Positions 20,373 to 30,646 of a DNA stretch of 64,000 nt are shown piece after piece; within the stretch, counting starts at the first letter, position 1, and each line of letters begins with the position of its first letter. Source of the DNA: a virus. Its lineage: Duplodnaviria; Caudoviricetes. The stretch covers positions 84,095-148,094 of IMG/VR virus record IMGVR_UViG_3300021255_002065; one strand, 5' to 3'. A program made the position numbers and the translations under genes. Below the pieces are notes generated by a model. The model made no database searches and was not told where the DNA came from. It saw only the letters and a program-made list of their open reading frames with translations.

Positions 20373-21215
20373 TTACACTCCCCTTAAAATAGATAATGCT
20401 TCACGACGAATATCCGTTGGTAATGGAATCCACATTTTTGTCATGTCTTGTTGTTCCACAACAATGTTACCGTCTTTAATTCCCATGATTTCATCATTGG
20501 AAATTTGGAATGATTCACAAACAACCTTTAGTGTTTCAGATTGATCATGACAATAATCCGCAAGATCTTTGAGGAATAGTGTTTCTGTTGCGGCTTCCAT
20601 ATACTTTGCTTCAATATCCGCATCCGCACCCACATGAGATGGGAAGTCAACCATATCCCATGTGATTACCTTTGTGACTCTCATGTTCGGTTGATTACGT
20701 GGTGCATTCGGAATCATATTTCCCAACAAACGTACGGAGAATGAGGGTACGATTCCCAAATCAATGACTTCAGAAGATGCACAGATTCCGGCCTTTGTGC
20801 CGGGATGTGTTGTAATTCTTCCTTTGTACTTGGAACCCTCCAAACGGGGATGTGAAATAAAGTGCGAGGAATTCAATGGTTCAGGAATCGTCATACGAAT
20901 ATCCGAATATTGTTGTCCTTTGATATCTGGATTGGGGTGATTGAGTTCACCTCTCCATTTATTCTGCTTCAATAATGTTTGGATTCTTTCATCATTATCA
21001 ATGACAGAACAAACATTGTGTGCATCATATCTTCTACCCATTCGATTATAACAATCAAATGTTTGTAGTGTTGCTTCAAAGATACAGAAAGGCTGTCCAG
21101 TTGTTGCTTTTTTCACAATATAACCACCTTTCTCCATTTCAGAAGATTGTGGTGATTCTTGAATAAAACATGCTGTATTATATTTAGAAGAAGCACTTTG
21201 TGTAGATTTTCTCAT
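20373..21215 (-). CDS. Prohead (head maturation) protease, T4 gp21/phiKZ gp175-like
   Basis: Motifs NRMGRRY, WRGELNHP (His), SHFI, PSFSVR (Ser), TWDMVDFPSH (Asp). Confidence 0.88.
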   Translation of the reverse strand: MRKSTQSASSKYNTACFIQESPQSSEMEKGGYIVKKATTGQPFCIFEATLQTFDCYNRMGRRYDAHNVCSVIDNDERIQTLLKQNKWRGELNHPNPDIKGQQYSDIRMTIPEPLNSSHFISHPRLEGSKYKGRITTHPGTKAGICASSEVIDLGIVPSFSVRLLGNMIPNAPRNQPNMRVTKVITWDMVDFPSHVGADADIEAKYMEAATETLFLKDLADYCHDQSETLKVVCESFQISNDEIMGIKDGNIVVEQQDMTKMWIPLPTDIRREALSILRGV

Positions 21216-21234
21216 AATGGGTTCTCTCCTTTCT

Positions 21235-22428
21235 TTAATTTCTAACTTGATTAATTTTTAGAATGATAAATGTTGCCAGTAAACAAATATATGCTTTCGC
21301 CAATAAATCAGAACATTTATATTTCTTACAGAACGGATCGATTACCGGTTTACCAGGAATGGCACGATCAATTGCCGTTGGCATTTTCGTGATACGAGAG
21401 ATGTATGCGGTTGAATTAATATCATCAATGGAATGGTGTTCTTTGACAATAAATACATAAAAAATCAAATCAATGATATTGGCAATGTCTTTGGTTTCTA
21501 CACGTTGTGCCAATTCGTATAATTCATCTGCACGAACATTCTTTTGTTCTGCGGTGGCTTTATACAATTTGCTCTTTGTCCGATAATCTCGATCATTCGT
21601 TGTAATCAAACGAACCAAATTGTTTCGGAGTGTTGTGGTATTCGAAGTGGTTACATAATCTTCGTCACCTTTTAAGTCATCACCAATCGCATGATCTGGG
21701 TCTTGAATATCTTTATAATATCGACTTGCCAAGGTTCTCATATTTTGTTGGAATGAGGTTCGTACACGGTTTAAAAATCCAACCATGATATTGATACTCA
21801 TCTCCAATGTCATCTTAGATCTCCAATATGCAAAACAGGTTTCGGTTGTTGTCCCAATCCAGTTCATGATATTCTCGCTCTTCACCAATCCCCATGAGTT
21901 ATCCAAATGCATATACGTATATGTCATAACCGGAATCGATGGTTCTGCGTCTGGGAAAGAATGGTTGAATACCAAACCATATGTTGTCAAACCCAATTGT
22001 TGTTTTGCGGAATCACGTAATTCACGATGCAATACTTGGTCTGCATACACTAATGCGACGGCATGAATGATATTTGTTGGAGTCGCTGTTAATGTTTTGA
22101 AGTCTGTCTTATCTGAGACCTCTTTCAATACATCTTTAAATGTTTCTTTCAAAGAAGCATTGGTGAATCCAAATAATGACACACATCTATCAACATATAA
22201 TCTTGGATAAGAAACTCGCTTTGTTGGGAATTCTTTCGCTAACATATTTGCATTTGCATCCAAGAATTCCGTACCCAATGCAATATATTCTTTTCTACCT
22301 TTTGGGGTTTCTAACACTTTCACAATTGGATTCATGATTTCGGTACAAAAGGCAGACGATGTGTCTGCCGTTTCTTGTAACCATATTGTCATTTCATGTT
22401 CGGTGCATTCTTGTTCCATGAAATACAT
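21235..22428 (-). CDS. Helical virion protein of unknown function
   Basis: 397 aa between the RNAP subunit gene and the protease; N-terminal WLQE|T site. Confidence 0.5.
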   Translation of the reverse strand: MYFMEQECTEHEMTIWLQETADTSSAFCTEIMNPIVKVLETPKGRKEYIALGTEFLDANANMLAKEFPTKRVSYPRLYVDRCVSLFGFTNASLKETFKDVLKEVSDKTDFKTLTATPTNIIHAVALVYADQVLHRELRDSAKQQLGLTTYGLVFNHSFPDAEPSIPVMTYTYMHLDNSWGLVKSENIMNWIGTTTETCFAYWRSKMTLEMSINIMVGFLNRVRTSFQQNMRTLASRYYKDIQDPDHAIGDDLKGDEDYVTTSNTTTLRNNLVRLITTNDRDYRTKSKLYKATAEQKNVRADELYELAQRVETKDIANIIDLIFYVFIVKEHHSIDDINSTAYISRITKMPTAIDRAIPGKPVIDPFCKKYKCSDLLAKAYICLLATFIILKINQVRN

Positions 22429-22440
22429 TAGAATCCCACC

Positions 22441-22929
22441 TTATCTATTTCTTTTCTTTTTCTTCTTATAGTATGTCTGAGGTTCTGCTTCGGTAGTTTC
22501 TTCAATTGTGATTTCTGGAGTTTCATACGGCTCCTGTTCCACTTCTATCACATTACCAATTTTCTCAGATGTAGATGTGACTTCAACAACGACATCTGGT
22601 GTTTCGATTTCCAAATCTGGTGATGTTTCAACTGTTACTTCAGGAACTGTTTTTTCAATGACTGGTTCTGGTGCTTTCACCACTTTCTTGGGTTCCACCT
22701 TTTTGGGAACTTCAATCGGGGTTGTCAATTTCGTTACTTCCTCTGGTTTTTTGAAGAAATCATTCACGTTTTTCTTTGTAATCAATAAACCGGTGACAGC
22801 ATCACCGATTCTAAGTCTTTCAAAATTCACGAGTCTTCTGATTTCTGCTTCAGAAAGTTCTACATCATATTTTGGTGCAAGTGTGCCAATTCCGGGGATG
22901 ACACCTTTTCCTAAGATATTTACTTTCAT
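22441..22929 (-). CDS. Hypothetical protein
   Basis: AAGGAGG RBS; small N-terminal domain, E/T/V/P-rich tail and poly-Lys end. Confidence 0.6.
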   Translation of the reverse strand: MKVNILGKGVIPGIGTLAPKYDVELSEAEIRRLVNFERLRIGDAVTGLLITKKNVNDFFKKPEEVTKLTTPIEVPKKVEPKKVVKAPEPVIEKTVPEVTVETSPDLEIETPDVVVEVTSTSEKIGNVIEVEQEPYETPEITIEETTEAEPQTYYKKKKKRNR

Positions 22930-22946
22930 GAGATTACCTCCTTCTG

Positions 22947-23684
22947 TTAATCACGTCCCATGATGGAACGTACCTTATCAATTGAATAATATGCTTCTGA
23001 TACAAGGTCTGTTTTAATACCCATACACATGAAATATACATCTGCTTTTAGAATGGATGGTTTATCATAAACGCCTGTCTTACAATCTTCCAATTTGCAA
23101 TTACCTGTTTCGGCAATTTGTTGTAACATGTTATCATATTCTTCCACATTATCCGCACGAGCACCCAAGAATTCGGACATGACAAGATCTGCACCCATTC
23201 CCGCAAGAACTTCATTTTCGATTGGTGTCATCACACCACCCTTAGAGTCACCTTTCAAACGACCTGTGGATTCATCACGATCTTTATCGTCATATGTCAA
23301 ACCAGTTTTCTTAGCAACCATTTGCTGTACACGTTTGATATTCAGGTATCCAACCAATACAGGTTGTTTCGAACGATATGGTCTGTTCGGATCTTTGGAT
23401 ACATGTGGTAGGTAGATATATTCAAATATGGGTACTTTCAAAAACTCTGCAGCTTTGGTAACGTTCTCGAATTTTAAAATTCGAGAACCATCACCAAATT
23501 CTTCAATATCCAGCCGGAAATTAGACTTCTCATCTTTCAAGAAATCCGTAATCCATTTGTTGAATTGTGGGTCTGACATACCATTGAACATATCTGCATA
23601 TTTCTTTGCGTTAATGTTAGTGGGATCTAATAGCTGCATGGTTTTGATAACGAGATCTTGTATCTTTTTACGTTTGTCTGTCAT
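22947..23684 (-). CDS. Virion RNA polymerase small subunit, beta C-terminal fragment (phiKZ gp176/SPN3US gp244-like)
   Basis: PVLVGYLNIKRVQQMVAKK...STGRLKGDSKGGVMTPIENEVLAGMGADLVMSEFLGARADN aligns by eye with the RpoB C-terminus (GYMYxxKL..GGQRFGEMEVWAL..LQEML..SDD). Size and proximity to the protease fit. Confidence 0.7.
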   Translation of the reverse strand: MTDKRKKIQDLVIKTMQLLDPTNINAKKYADMFNGMSDPQFNKWITDFLKDEKSNFRLDIEEFGDGSRILKFENVTKAAEFLKVPIFEYIYLPHVSKDPNRPYRSKQPVLVGYLNIKRVQQMVAKKTGLTYDDKDRDESTGRLKGDSKGGVMTPIENEVLAGMGADLVMSEFLGARADNVEEYDNMLQQIAETGNCKLEDCKTGVYDKPSILKADVYFMCMGIKTDLVSEAYYSIDKVRSIMGRD

Positions 23685-23706
23685 ACAGTATCACTTTCTT
23701 TCGTGA

Positions 23707-24777
23707 TCAACGAATGTCGCTTGGTGTAATTGAAGAGTGTGCATGTTGGTTAATAAATGTTTTAACCGCACTTTGAATCTTATTACAGCTAATATACCAA
23801 CGCACGATGTTACCATGATCATTCCAATATAATTCAATACGGCATTTTGAATTGTCGTCCTTATCTTCATCTCTGATGATTGCATCAATACCACTTCTTG
23901 ATGCAGGTTTCTGTGTGAACACATTATCCAACTCTTCGAAAAACCGATTTAATGTCAAATTGTCAATAATCGGACGACGTTGATCATCACGACTGAAAAG
24001 TGGTGATGCTTGTTGACGTGCACCGTTGATCAACACATTCGCAATTGTTTGTATAATTCTCATTTCTTCCACGAAACAATTTCCAAGAATTGTCATAACG
24101 TGTGCATATTGTTGTGTCATATTTCGAGAATCTTGGAGTTGTTTCTCATCCAATTCCGTATCACGAATGACACGGATGGCTTCTCTTGACTTTACCAAAT
24201 TATCATACACATCATTGATGGCATAGTCAATGATATTATCAATGATTTGATCAAGAATTTTGAGATTTTGTGCAACTGGTATCATCCGAACATTGTTTGC
24301 CGTCATTCTCTGATATGCACGATGTAATCGATCCATATATCGATTTGCTGCTGTTACATGACCTGCCACATTTCGATCATATAATGTTTTCACATGACCA
24401 TCTGTAATCATCTTGACAAGTTGACTGTTGTTGAAATCATGAAGTACACTGATTACATTTTTATTCAACCATGCCATATCCCAAAAGATGGTACTCATAT
24501 GCTCGTCTCCATCCGGTGTATGTGTATTTGCATAACGAGAATCTTTCTTCATCTTTTCCAAGCGTTTCTTTGCACGAGTCAATTGTCCTTTACGAATCCA
24601 TCCAATAAATCTCGTGATAACTCTGGAAAAGAAATCAGCAGCTCGACGAATAATATTGACAGGTTGTGCAGCTTCCATGGTATATTCAGCCAATGCCATT
24701 TCTTTAATCAAGTTATTACCCATTTCCAAAAGGACATTCGTTGCATAATATTCTTCCATTGTCTCGATACTTACCAT
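23707..24777 (-). CDS. Virion head protein, leader-bearing paralog family
   Basis: Leader ...NVLLEMGNNLIKEMALAEYTME|A; helix IIRRAADFFSRVITRFIGWI. Confidence 0.65.
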   Translation of the reverse strand: MVSIETMEEYYATNVLLEMGNNLIKEMALAEYTMEAAQPVNIIRRAADFFSRVITRFIGWIRKGQLTRAKKRLEKMKKDSRYANTHTPDGDEHMSTIFWDMAWLNKNVISVLHDFNNSQLVKMITDGHVKTLYDRNVAGHVTAANRYMDRLHRAYQRMTANNVRMIPVAQNLKILDQIIDNIIDYAINDVYDNLVKSREAIRVIRDTELDEKQLQDSRNMTQQYAHVMTILGNCFVEEMRIIQTIANVLINGARQQASPLFSRDDQRRPIIDNLTLNRFFEELDNVFTQKPASRSGIDAIIRDEDKDDNSKCRIELYWNDHGNIVRWYISCNKIQSAVKTFINQHAHSSITPSDIR

Positions 24778-24780
24778 TTA

Positions 24781-25917
24781 TCACACCTCCTTTAATGAAG
24801 CCGGATTATGGTCAGGACCCAGTGTCCATCTCATCCATTGTAAAATGATGACTTGAATTTGTGTTACATACATGAATGCACGACCAAGATCTGTCATGGC
24901 ATGCACATATGCTTCTTGACGACGCTGGATATCTTGTGAACGATTCAGATTCTGGCTCGCCAAATTATGAGCTTGCTGTCTCATTTCTGGAATGCCTTTA
25001 CGAATTAATTCCAAAGATTCTTTGATCGCTTGATTTGTCACAATGATGGAATCCAAGAAGACATCCACGTTACGTGCATCACCACGTTTTGCATGTTCGG
25101 CTTTCATCTTAAGAATTTCACCAGTATTATTATGATCTACATAGTTTCCATTGTCACCTCTTGCTTTTGCAAGTTCGATATCCACATCACTGTCTTTACC
25201 AATATCATGACGATGTTTCAATGGACCGTGACCGTTTATGCTACTTAGATGGCGGATTTCATCATAAGAATCTTGTAACTTCTCACGAAGCTTTCCGATA
25301 TTTCTTGCAACTTTTACGAAATCGGAGCGCTGATCGAAAACTGTTACATTTGCATCAACTCCGTTTGCACGTGCAACAGCGTTGTTCGGAACAAACATGA
25401 TCATATAATACATTAATGTGTCACGTGTCGGACCACCCATGTGTGATGTATGCACGTTACCTCCAGCAGACAGACGAGGTTGTCCAAAATTAATTCCACT
25501 ACCATTGGAATGGTGTTTTCCGATATCATTTAATCCAATCACATCTGATACGTTTTCTTTGTACCATTTGTAATCAACCATGATTCCTTCGAATACATCA
25601 TTCTTTTTATAATTATCCAGATTGCGAATGCGTCTGGCAAGTTTGTCCGCATGTGCACTGAGAAAATGGGAACGGATTCTGTTGATGATACGAGCAAACC
25701 AATCAATGATACGATTAATAGTTGGAACATGTCCGTCATCTTGTATTGTTTCATTATGACGTTTTTTGTTACTACTACCGCCTTCTTGGAAGATATCCGC
25801 TTCTTCCATATAATATTCTTTTACTAATTGAATACCGAGCTTATCCAGTGTCATCAATTCAGATTCCAACTGGAGATCACCAAGGTCTTCAAGTGTTGTT
25901 AAGATTTCTTCCGTCAT
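24781..25917 (-). CDS. Virion head protein, leader-bearing paralog family
   Basis: Leader ELMTLDKLGIQLVKEYYMEE, IFQE|G site, helix INRIIDWFARIINRI. Confidence 0.65.
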   Translation of the reverse strand: MTEEILTTLEDLGDLQLESELMTLDKLGIQLVKEYYMEEADIFQEGGSSNKKRHNETIQDDGHVPTINRIIDWFARIINRIRSHFLSAHADKLARRIRNLDNYKKNDVFEGIMVDYKWYKENVSDVIGLNDIGKHHSNGSGINFGQPRLSAGGNVHTSHMGGPTRDTLMYYMIMFVPNNAVARANGVDANVTVFDQRSDFVKVARNIGKLREKLQDSYDEIRHLSSINGHGPLKHRHDIGKDSDVDIELAKARGDNGNYVDHNNTGEILKMKAEHAKRGDARNVDVFLDSIIVTNQAIKESLELIRKGIPEMRQQAHNLASQNLNRSQDIQRRQEAYVHAMTDLGRAFMYVTQIQVIILQWMRWTLGPDHNPASLKEV

Positions 25918-25931
25918 GTTAAATCACCTCT

Positions 25932-26414
25932 TTAATTAGATACTTGATATTTTCGGAGATATAATCGATTTAGTTTGTCATATGTGATACCAATAATCAC
26001 TTCTGGTATTTCTGTATTTGCAGTAATGTAATCAGAACCTTTAATGACAACGCGTAACTCATTGCAAGATTGATATGTTTTATTGATATAGACTTCGATT
26101 TCAATCCCAGTTAATTCTAATCGATTACATTGATCATAGATTGCATTTTTTATCTTTGTCGGAATCGTATTATCATCAGAATATTCAAATAAATATTGTT
26201 CGATATCAATTCCCAATTCAGGTATACTTGGATATTGACCCGGTTTCATCATCAGTAATGTGACAATGACATTACAACACATTTCAAATGTGGAAATGAT
26301 TTTTGGTTTATGAAATTCATCAATATCCATGAGTGCATCATATCCAAGTAACTGAACTGTGGAAGGATATCTAGCATTGACTTCCGCCAAAGTGATTCCT
26401 TTTGTATCAAGCAT
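25932..26414 (-). CDS. Baseplate wedge protein, gp25/GPW-like
   Basis: LLMMKPGQYPSIPELGIDIEQYLFE fits the gp25 pattern L.T.PGE..F.PxFG..L..LLFE. Confidence 0.7.
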   Translation of the reverse strand: MLDTKGITLAEVNARYPSTVQLLGYDALMDIDEFHKPKIISTFEMCCNVIVTLLMMKPGQYPSIPELGIDIEQYLFEYSDDNTIPTKIKNAIYDQCNRLELTGIEIEVYINKTYQSCNELRVVIKGSDYITANTEIPEVIIGITYDKLNRLYLRKYQVSN

Positions 26415-28761
26415 CTACATCATCTTCCTCAAGATCTTTCTTACCAAATAACTTGTGGCGTTTCTTCTTCGGTTTGAATTCTGGTTCATCATGATTTGAT
26501 GTCATCTCACCATCATCTCTGCCTTTTCCATTTGTGAGAGCAGATTCTGTTTGTTCCAAACAACCAAGATATGTTTCCATGGTATTCATGACATATTTAC
26601 CAAGATCATCGATGGAATCAATCATTTCGACAAATGCATTACATGTATGCTGTACAGATGTATTCAGTTCTGCCAAACCCTTTTCTGTATCAGAAGCAAT
26701 ACTAATATTTCCTTCCTTCACAGCATTTTCCAATCCAGTAATCTTTTCCAAACCCTTTTCCAGTTTCTTTGTTTTCTCTGTCAATTTGGATGCGAGTTCT
26801 TCATAGAAATCAGCAATCTTAACAGCACCGGATTTCGCATTAAAGATAATACCAAGATTCAATTTACCATCCGGCATGTATGTTTCTTCCATCTGTTTGA
26901 TCTTGGATAGATATCCGGATACACAGGATTCATCTCCACTGCGCACACCAAGTGCAACACCTTCTGCAATATCAGCCCAATCATCGATATCGTCCATCAT
27001 CTTGGAAATACCATTCATGTTTACGAGACCTTCCATGGTGATTTTATTTTGATTCATGGTAAGTACAGGCTTTGCATTTTTACCCATCTCTGGAGTTACC
27101 TTAGCAACCTTATCTTTCCCTTGCTGGATGGCTGCACGAATTTTTTCGGGAGATTCTTCAATGGCTTCAGCCAATCTGGAAGTTAATGCACGAAGCATCG
27201 TATCTCGACCAAGTTCTTCTACTAATTTAGCACCTTCAGAAGCAATAAAGTCTGTTGGCTTCAAAGGTAACGGTTCGCCTTTCGCAATACTTGCAAGTGC
27301 GGCAGTTGCATAACCCGCACCACCAGCTAATGCCATCTTTGGCATATTTCTTGCTCTCTTTCTGATCTTTGCAATTTCACGATTGATCTTGACTTCAATA
27401 CCGATTAACAAGCCTTTGTATGCAATAAAGGATTTGGTTTTGTGATAAAGCGTTTGTACAAGATTCTTGATGACCAGGAATGGCCAAGCAACAAGCTTGT
27501 ATAATACACCGCCCTTTTTCAAATCCTTGCTGGTACGATGTACAACGTTGCGAATGATTCCTTTACGAGGAACACCGTTCTTGAAATCGAGAATACGTTT
27601 TGCACCTTTTGCAACAGGCTTTACCAAACCAGAAGCGGTTTTGCCTGTACCACCGAAGAATCTTTCCTGTACGACTTCTTCACCATCTGCAATGGTTTCT
27701 TCATCAGATTCTACGACAACATCTTCACCATAGAAATCAGATAACATATATTCCTTATACAGATCATCAATCATGGATGTCATGATCTGACGTTCTGTTT
27801 TCAATTGATCTTCGGAAATCTGGTTAAAATAAGATTCCAATGCATATTCTTTTACAGTGTCATCATGTTCTATCATTCCAGGCTTGGGGGAATAGGAGGA
27901 AGACACTTCTTCTTGTGTTAATGCAAGTCTTGCTTCTCTGATTTTTGCAGCTTTGTCTGCACCAGACATATTAGCTGAAGACTGCAACTTGCGAGCAGCA
28001 TCTTCACGTTGCTGTTTCATCTTTGCAAGTTCCGGATCATCGATATCCGCTTTCTTCTTTTTCTTAAAGACATCAAAGAAACCTTCTTCATCGAAATCTA
28101 CATCTTCATCGGAGTCATCATCGGAAACACCTTTTTTCTTGGATGATTTCTTTTTGGATTTCTTGTCACACTCGTCATCATCACACTCATCGTCATCGCA
28201 TTCTTTATCATCACATTCATCATTATCCGAATCGAAATCATCATCTGTATCATCGTCTAAGTCAACATCTGTATCTGTTTTCTTAGATTTCTTTTTCTTG
28301 GATTTCTTTTTGGGTTTTTCATCGATGTCTTTGTCGAATTCATCGACATCATCGTCATCATCACATTCACCGTCTTCACATTCTTCTTCATCATCATCGA
28401 ATTCAAGATCGGTATCTTGCTTCTTAGATTTTTTCGGTGTTGCTGCTTCGGTTGTTGTGTCGATATCGGATGAACTGGAATCATCATTTCCACCATCATC
28501 CATATCTCCAGCTGTATCATTTGCTGTAGTATCCGCAGATTCTCTTCCAAATCCAACTTTAGTGCCACAACCATCTCCACATTCTTCTACATCATCGACA
28601 ACATCTCTTCTTTTGGATTTCTTTGCAGATTCTGTTCCGAATGTAATGCTCTTTCCATCTTTTGAACCACAACCATTACCACATTCCTTGAATTCATCAA
28701 TCTCTTCATTGTTGGATTCTTGGAAGATGCTCTCATCATAATCTCTTCTTAAACGACTCAT
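26407..28761 (-). CDS. Head protein with a very acidic Cys-containing N-terminus and an internal leader motif
   Basis: 784 aa. D/E/K tracts, ECGxGCG x2, internal ERQIMTSMIDDLYKEYML, sites VVVE|S and VVQE|R. Confidence 0.6.
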   Translation of the reverse strand: MSRLRRDYDESIFQESNNEEIDEFKECGNGCGSKDGKSITFGTESAKKSKRRDVVDDVEECGDGCGTKVGFGRESADTTANDTAGDMDDGGNDDSSSSDIDTTTEAATPKKSKKQDTDLEFDDDEEECEDGECDDDDDVDEFDKDIDEKPKKKSKKKKSKKTDTDVDLDDDTDDDFDSDNDECDDKECDDDECDDDECDKKSKKKSSKKKGVSDDDSDEDVDFDEEGFFDVFKKKKKADIDDPELAKMKQQREDAARKLQSSANMSGADKAAKIREARLALTQEEVSSSYSPKPGMIEHDDTVKEYALESYFNQISEDQLKTERQIMTSMIDDLYKEYMLSDFYGEDVVVESDEETIADGEEVVQERFFGGTGKTASGLVKPVAKGAKRILDFKNGVPRKGIIRNVVHRTSKDLKKGGVLYKLVAWPFLVIKNLVQTLYHKTKSFIAYKGLLIGIEVKINREIAKIRKRARNMPKMALAGGAGYATAALASIAKGEPLPLKPTDFIASEGAKLVEELGRDTMLRALTSRLAEAIEESPEKIRAAIQQGKDKVAKVTPEMGKNAKPVLTMNQNKITMEGLVNMNGISKMMDDIDDWADIAEGVALGVRSGDESCVSGYLSKIKQMEETYMPDGKLNLGIIFNAKSGAVKIADFYEELASKLTEKTKKLEKGLEKITGLENAVKEGNISIASDTEKGLAELNTSVQHTCNAFVEMIDSIDDLGKYVMNTMETYLGCLEQTESALTNGKGRDDGEMTSNHDEPEFKPKKKRHKLFGKKDLEEDDVDA

Positions 28762-28777
28762 GATTATAATCTCTCCT

Positions 28778-29521
28778 TTACTCAGGTTTATTTGTATCGG
28801 ACTTTACATAGGTCTCTAAGAATTCATCATAATTCTTATCGACAATCTTAATGTAATTGATACTCGTCTTTTTCATCTCCACTTTCATTCTGGCATCTTT
28901 CAAATATTCAATCTCACGAGCATGTTCCATTCGTGGATGGGTGTTATCTGATTCCTTGATTTCTACTTCTAATGATAAAGAAGGAATAAAAAAATCAGGA
29001 ATGTAAAGATGGGTTGACCCATCTTTCCACTTGTACCAGTAATTATTAGGAGAAGGTGCGATAATGTCATCGGGAGACCAGTCCAAACTTTTCAATTGAT
29101 TTAAAAAGTCTGACTCATAAGTTCCGATAACATGAAATTGATGTGTGTCATCCCAAATATAATCTTTTGACATAGGATGATTATGAATCATCTTACGTTG
29201 CATCTCTGCATCATTGAGCAAATGTTCTTTTCCATATACATTCACCATACGTTGTTTCATTTGATGAACATACGCTTCTTTACATGCGGGATTATCACAC
29301 AACCTCTCATACTTCAATGTCTCTTTATTAAAGTGAACCTGGTTCTTTCGACACATCAAACATAATCTTCCCACTGGCTTGTGAACCAGTAATGAATATG
29401 CAAATTCCAATGGTTCATTTTCATCTGGAATTTGGTCATTATGTTGATATGCGATATGATGGCAATATGCATGTTTGTCATCAAAGATTCGATTACAAAA
29501 AAGACATCTCGTGTTACGCAT
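28778..29521 (-). CDS. Zn-finger plus PD-(D/E)xK (TnsA/T4 gp4-like) nuclease
   Basis: Start moved to MRNTR. C2H2 finger CLFC-x12-HIAYQH, second Cys cluster CLMC...C...C, nuclease core YIPDFFIPSLSLEVEIK. Confidence 0.7.
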   Translation of the reverse strand: MRNTRCLFCNRIFDDKHAYCHHIAYQHNDQIPDENEPLEFAYSLLVHKPVGRLCLMCRKNQVHFNKETLKYERLCDNPACKEAYVHQMKQRMVNVYGKEHLLNDAEMQRKMIHNHPMSKDYIWDDTHQFHVIGTYESDFLNQLKSLDWSPDDIIAPSPNNYWYKWKDGSTHLYIPDFFIPSLSLEVEIKESDNTHPRMEHAREIEYLKDARMKVEMKKTSINYIKIVDKNYDEFLETYVKSDTNKPE

Positions 29522-29610
29522 AATGCGATCACCGCCTTTCCATTCGTAATGAAAGGTTTTAGCTTTTCGTTGTTGAGAAATATAAAGAACCTTTTTGATA
29601 TAAAAAATAA

Positions 29611-29668
29611 AAGAAAAAAGCAGGAGAGTCAATATACGATAATTCATATACTCACTCTCCTGCTTTTC
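29611..29668 (-). terminator. Intrinsic terminator
   Basis: Stem AAAAGCAGGAGAGT/ACTCTCCTGCTTTT followed on the - strand by a long U tract, right after the 29679 stop. Confidence 0.7.
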
Positions 29669-29678
29669 TGCAGGATGA

Positions 29679-30389
29679 TTATTTCTTGATGATTTTGCCA
29701 TCGGAGATTCCAAATACTTCTCCGAGTTCCTTTGACATCAGATACCACCTTTCTTCATACTCACCCTTATAGTGGTGAGCCACATGATATGATGAAAGTG
29801 GATATACATCCTTGTCCTCCAATGGACCACAGGTCCACTCTGGGCAGCCATAGCGGCCGCGTAAATATGCTCTTCCGGCCACGAGGCCTTTTGATTCAGC
29901 GAACATGCCGAAACATGCGCCTTCATCAAGATGCCCGTCGTGACTCAGACATTCCTGATTTCTCAGGTTTGCCTTTTTGAAGCTGACCCATTCTCCCCAG
30001 AGGCCATCTGCCTCTGACTGCTTTTCAGCAGCTTCAGCAGCAGCCTGAGTTTCCTTGACCCACTCACTGTTTGGGTGTACAGTGATGAGGTCTGCTGAAC
30101 CAGCACCTGCGTGATGCAATTCGAAAGTGTCAAATACACCCTTTGATACATTCACGCATAATCCTGCCACCGTCCAGAAACTATCCATTCCTGCAATGGA
30201 TTTTCTTGAAACCTTGCATTTCAGCCCTCTAGACGCAAGGAATCCCTTGAACATTTCTAATGTAGAAATGTACTTGTGTCCAAGATCCCAATCGAACTTT
30301 GCGTATTGGGATTCTTCCGGGTTCTTGCAATCTTCAATCTCATAAAATTTTTCCCAAGCCTTGTAAAGTGCAGAATTGAATTGTGTCAT
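29679..30389 (-). CDS. Hypothetical (probable early/accessory) protein
   Basis: Start moved to MTQFN after AAGGAGG. Higher GC than neighbours; own AT-rich upstream region and terminator. Confidence 0.65.
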   Translation of the reverse strand: MTQFNSALYKAWEKFYEIEDCKNPEESQYAKFDWDLGHKYISTLEMFKGFLASRGLKCKVSRKSIAGMDSFWTVAGLCVNVSKGVFDTFELHHAGAGSADLITVHPNSEWVKETQAAAEAAEKQSEADGLWGEWVSFKKANLRNQECLSHDGHLDEGACFGMFAESKGLVAGRAYLRGRYGCPEWTCGPLEDKDVYPLSSYHVAHHYKGEYEERWYLMSKELGEVFGISDGKIIKK

Positions 30390-30553
30390 AGTAATTCCTC
30401 CTTTTCGGAATCCCCAATGATCGACTCGGGTATATATGCATTCAACCTGAGTATACCATGACATGATCATGGAGATATAATATTATTATTGATATATTTC
30501 TATATCATATTAATTATATTTATATGAAAAAATAAAATAATAGAGACAGATGA

Positions 30554-30573
30554 GGTGGGCCAATTGGCCCACC
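30554..30573. promoter_or_regulatory. Perfect palindrome GGTGGGCCAATTGGCCCACC in a divergent intergenic region
   Basis: Member of the recurrent GC-rich palindrome family. Confidence 0.5.
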
Positions 30574-30646
30574 AAACGAGATGTTAACTTTGTCCATATA
30601 CCTTTTATATATGGAGAAAAATTATGTAGTAAAGGAGATTTATCAT

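Noticed and set aside
27953-28741. 262-aa Ser-rich + strand ORF
   Set aside because: Reverse complement of the poly-Asp/Glu tract
29522-29713. N-terminal extension of the 311-aa ORF (similar extensions at 30470, 30581, 43541, 50850, 61326, 63526)
   Set aside because: These run through terminators, promoters or other genes; strong RBSs support the downstream starts
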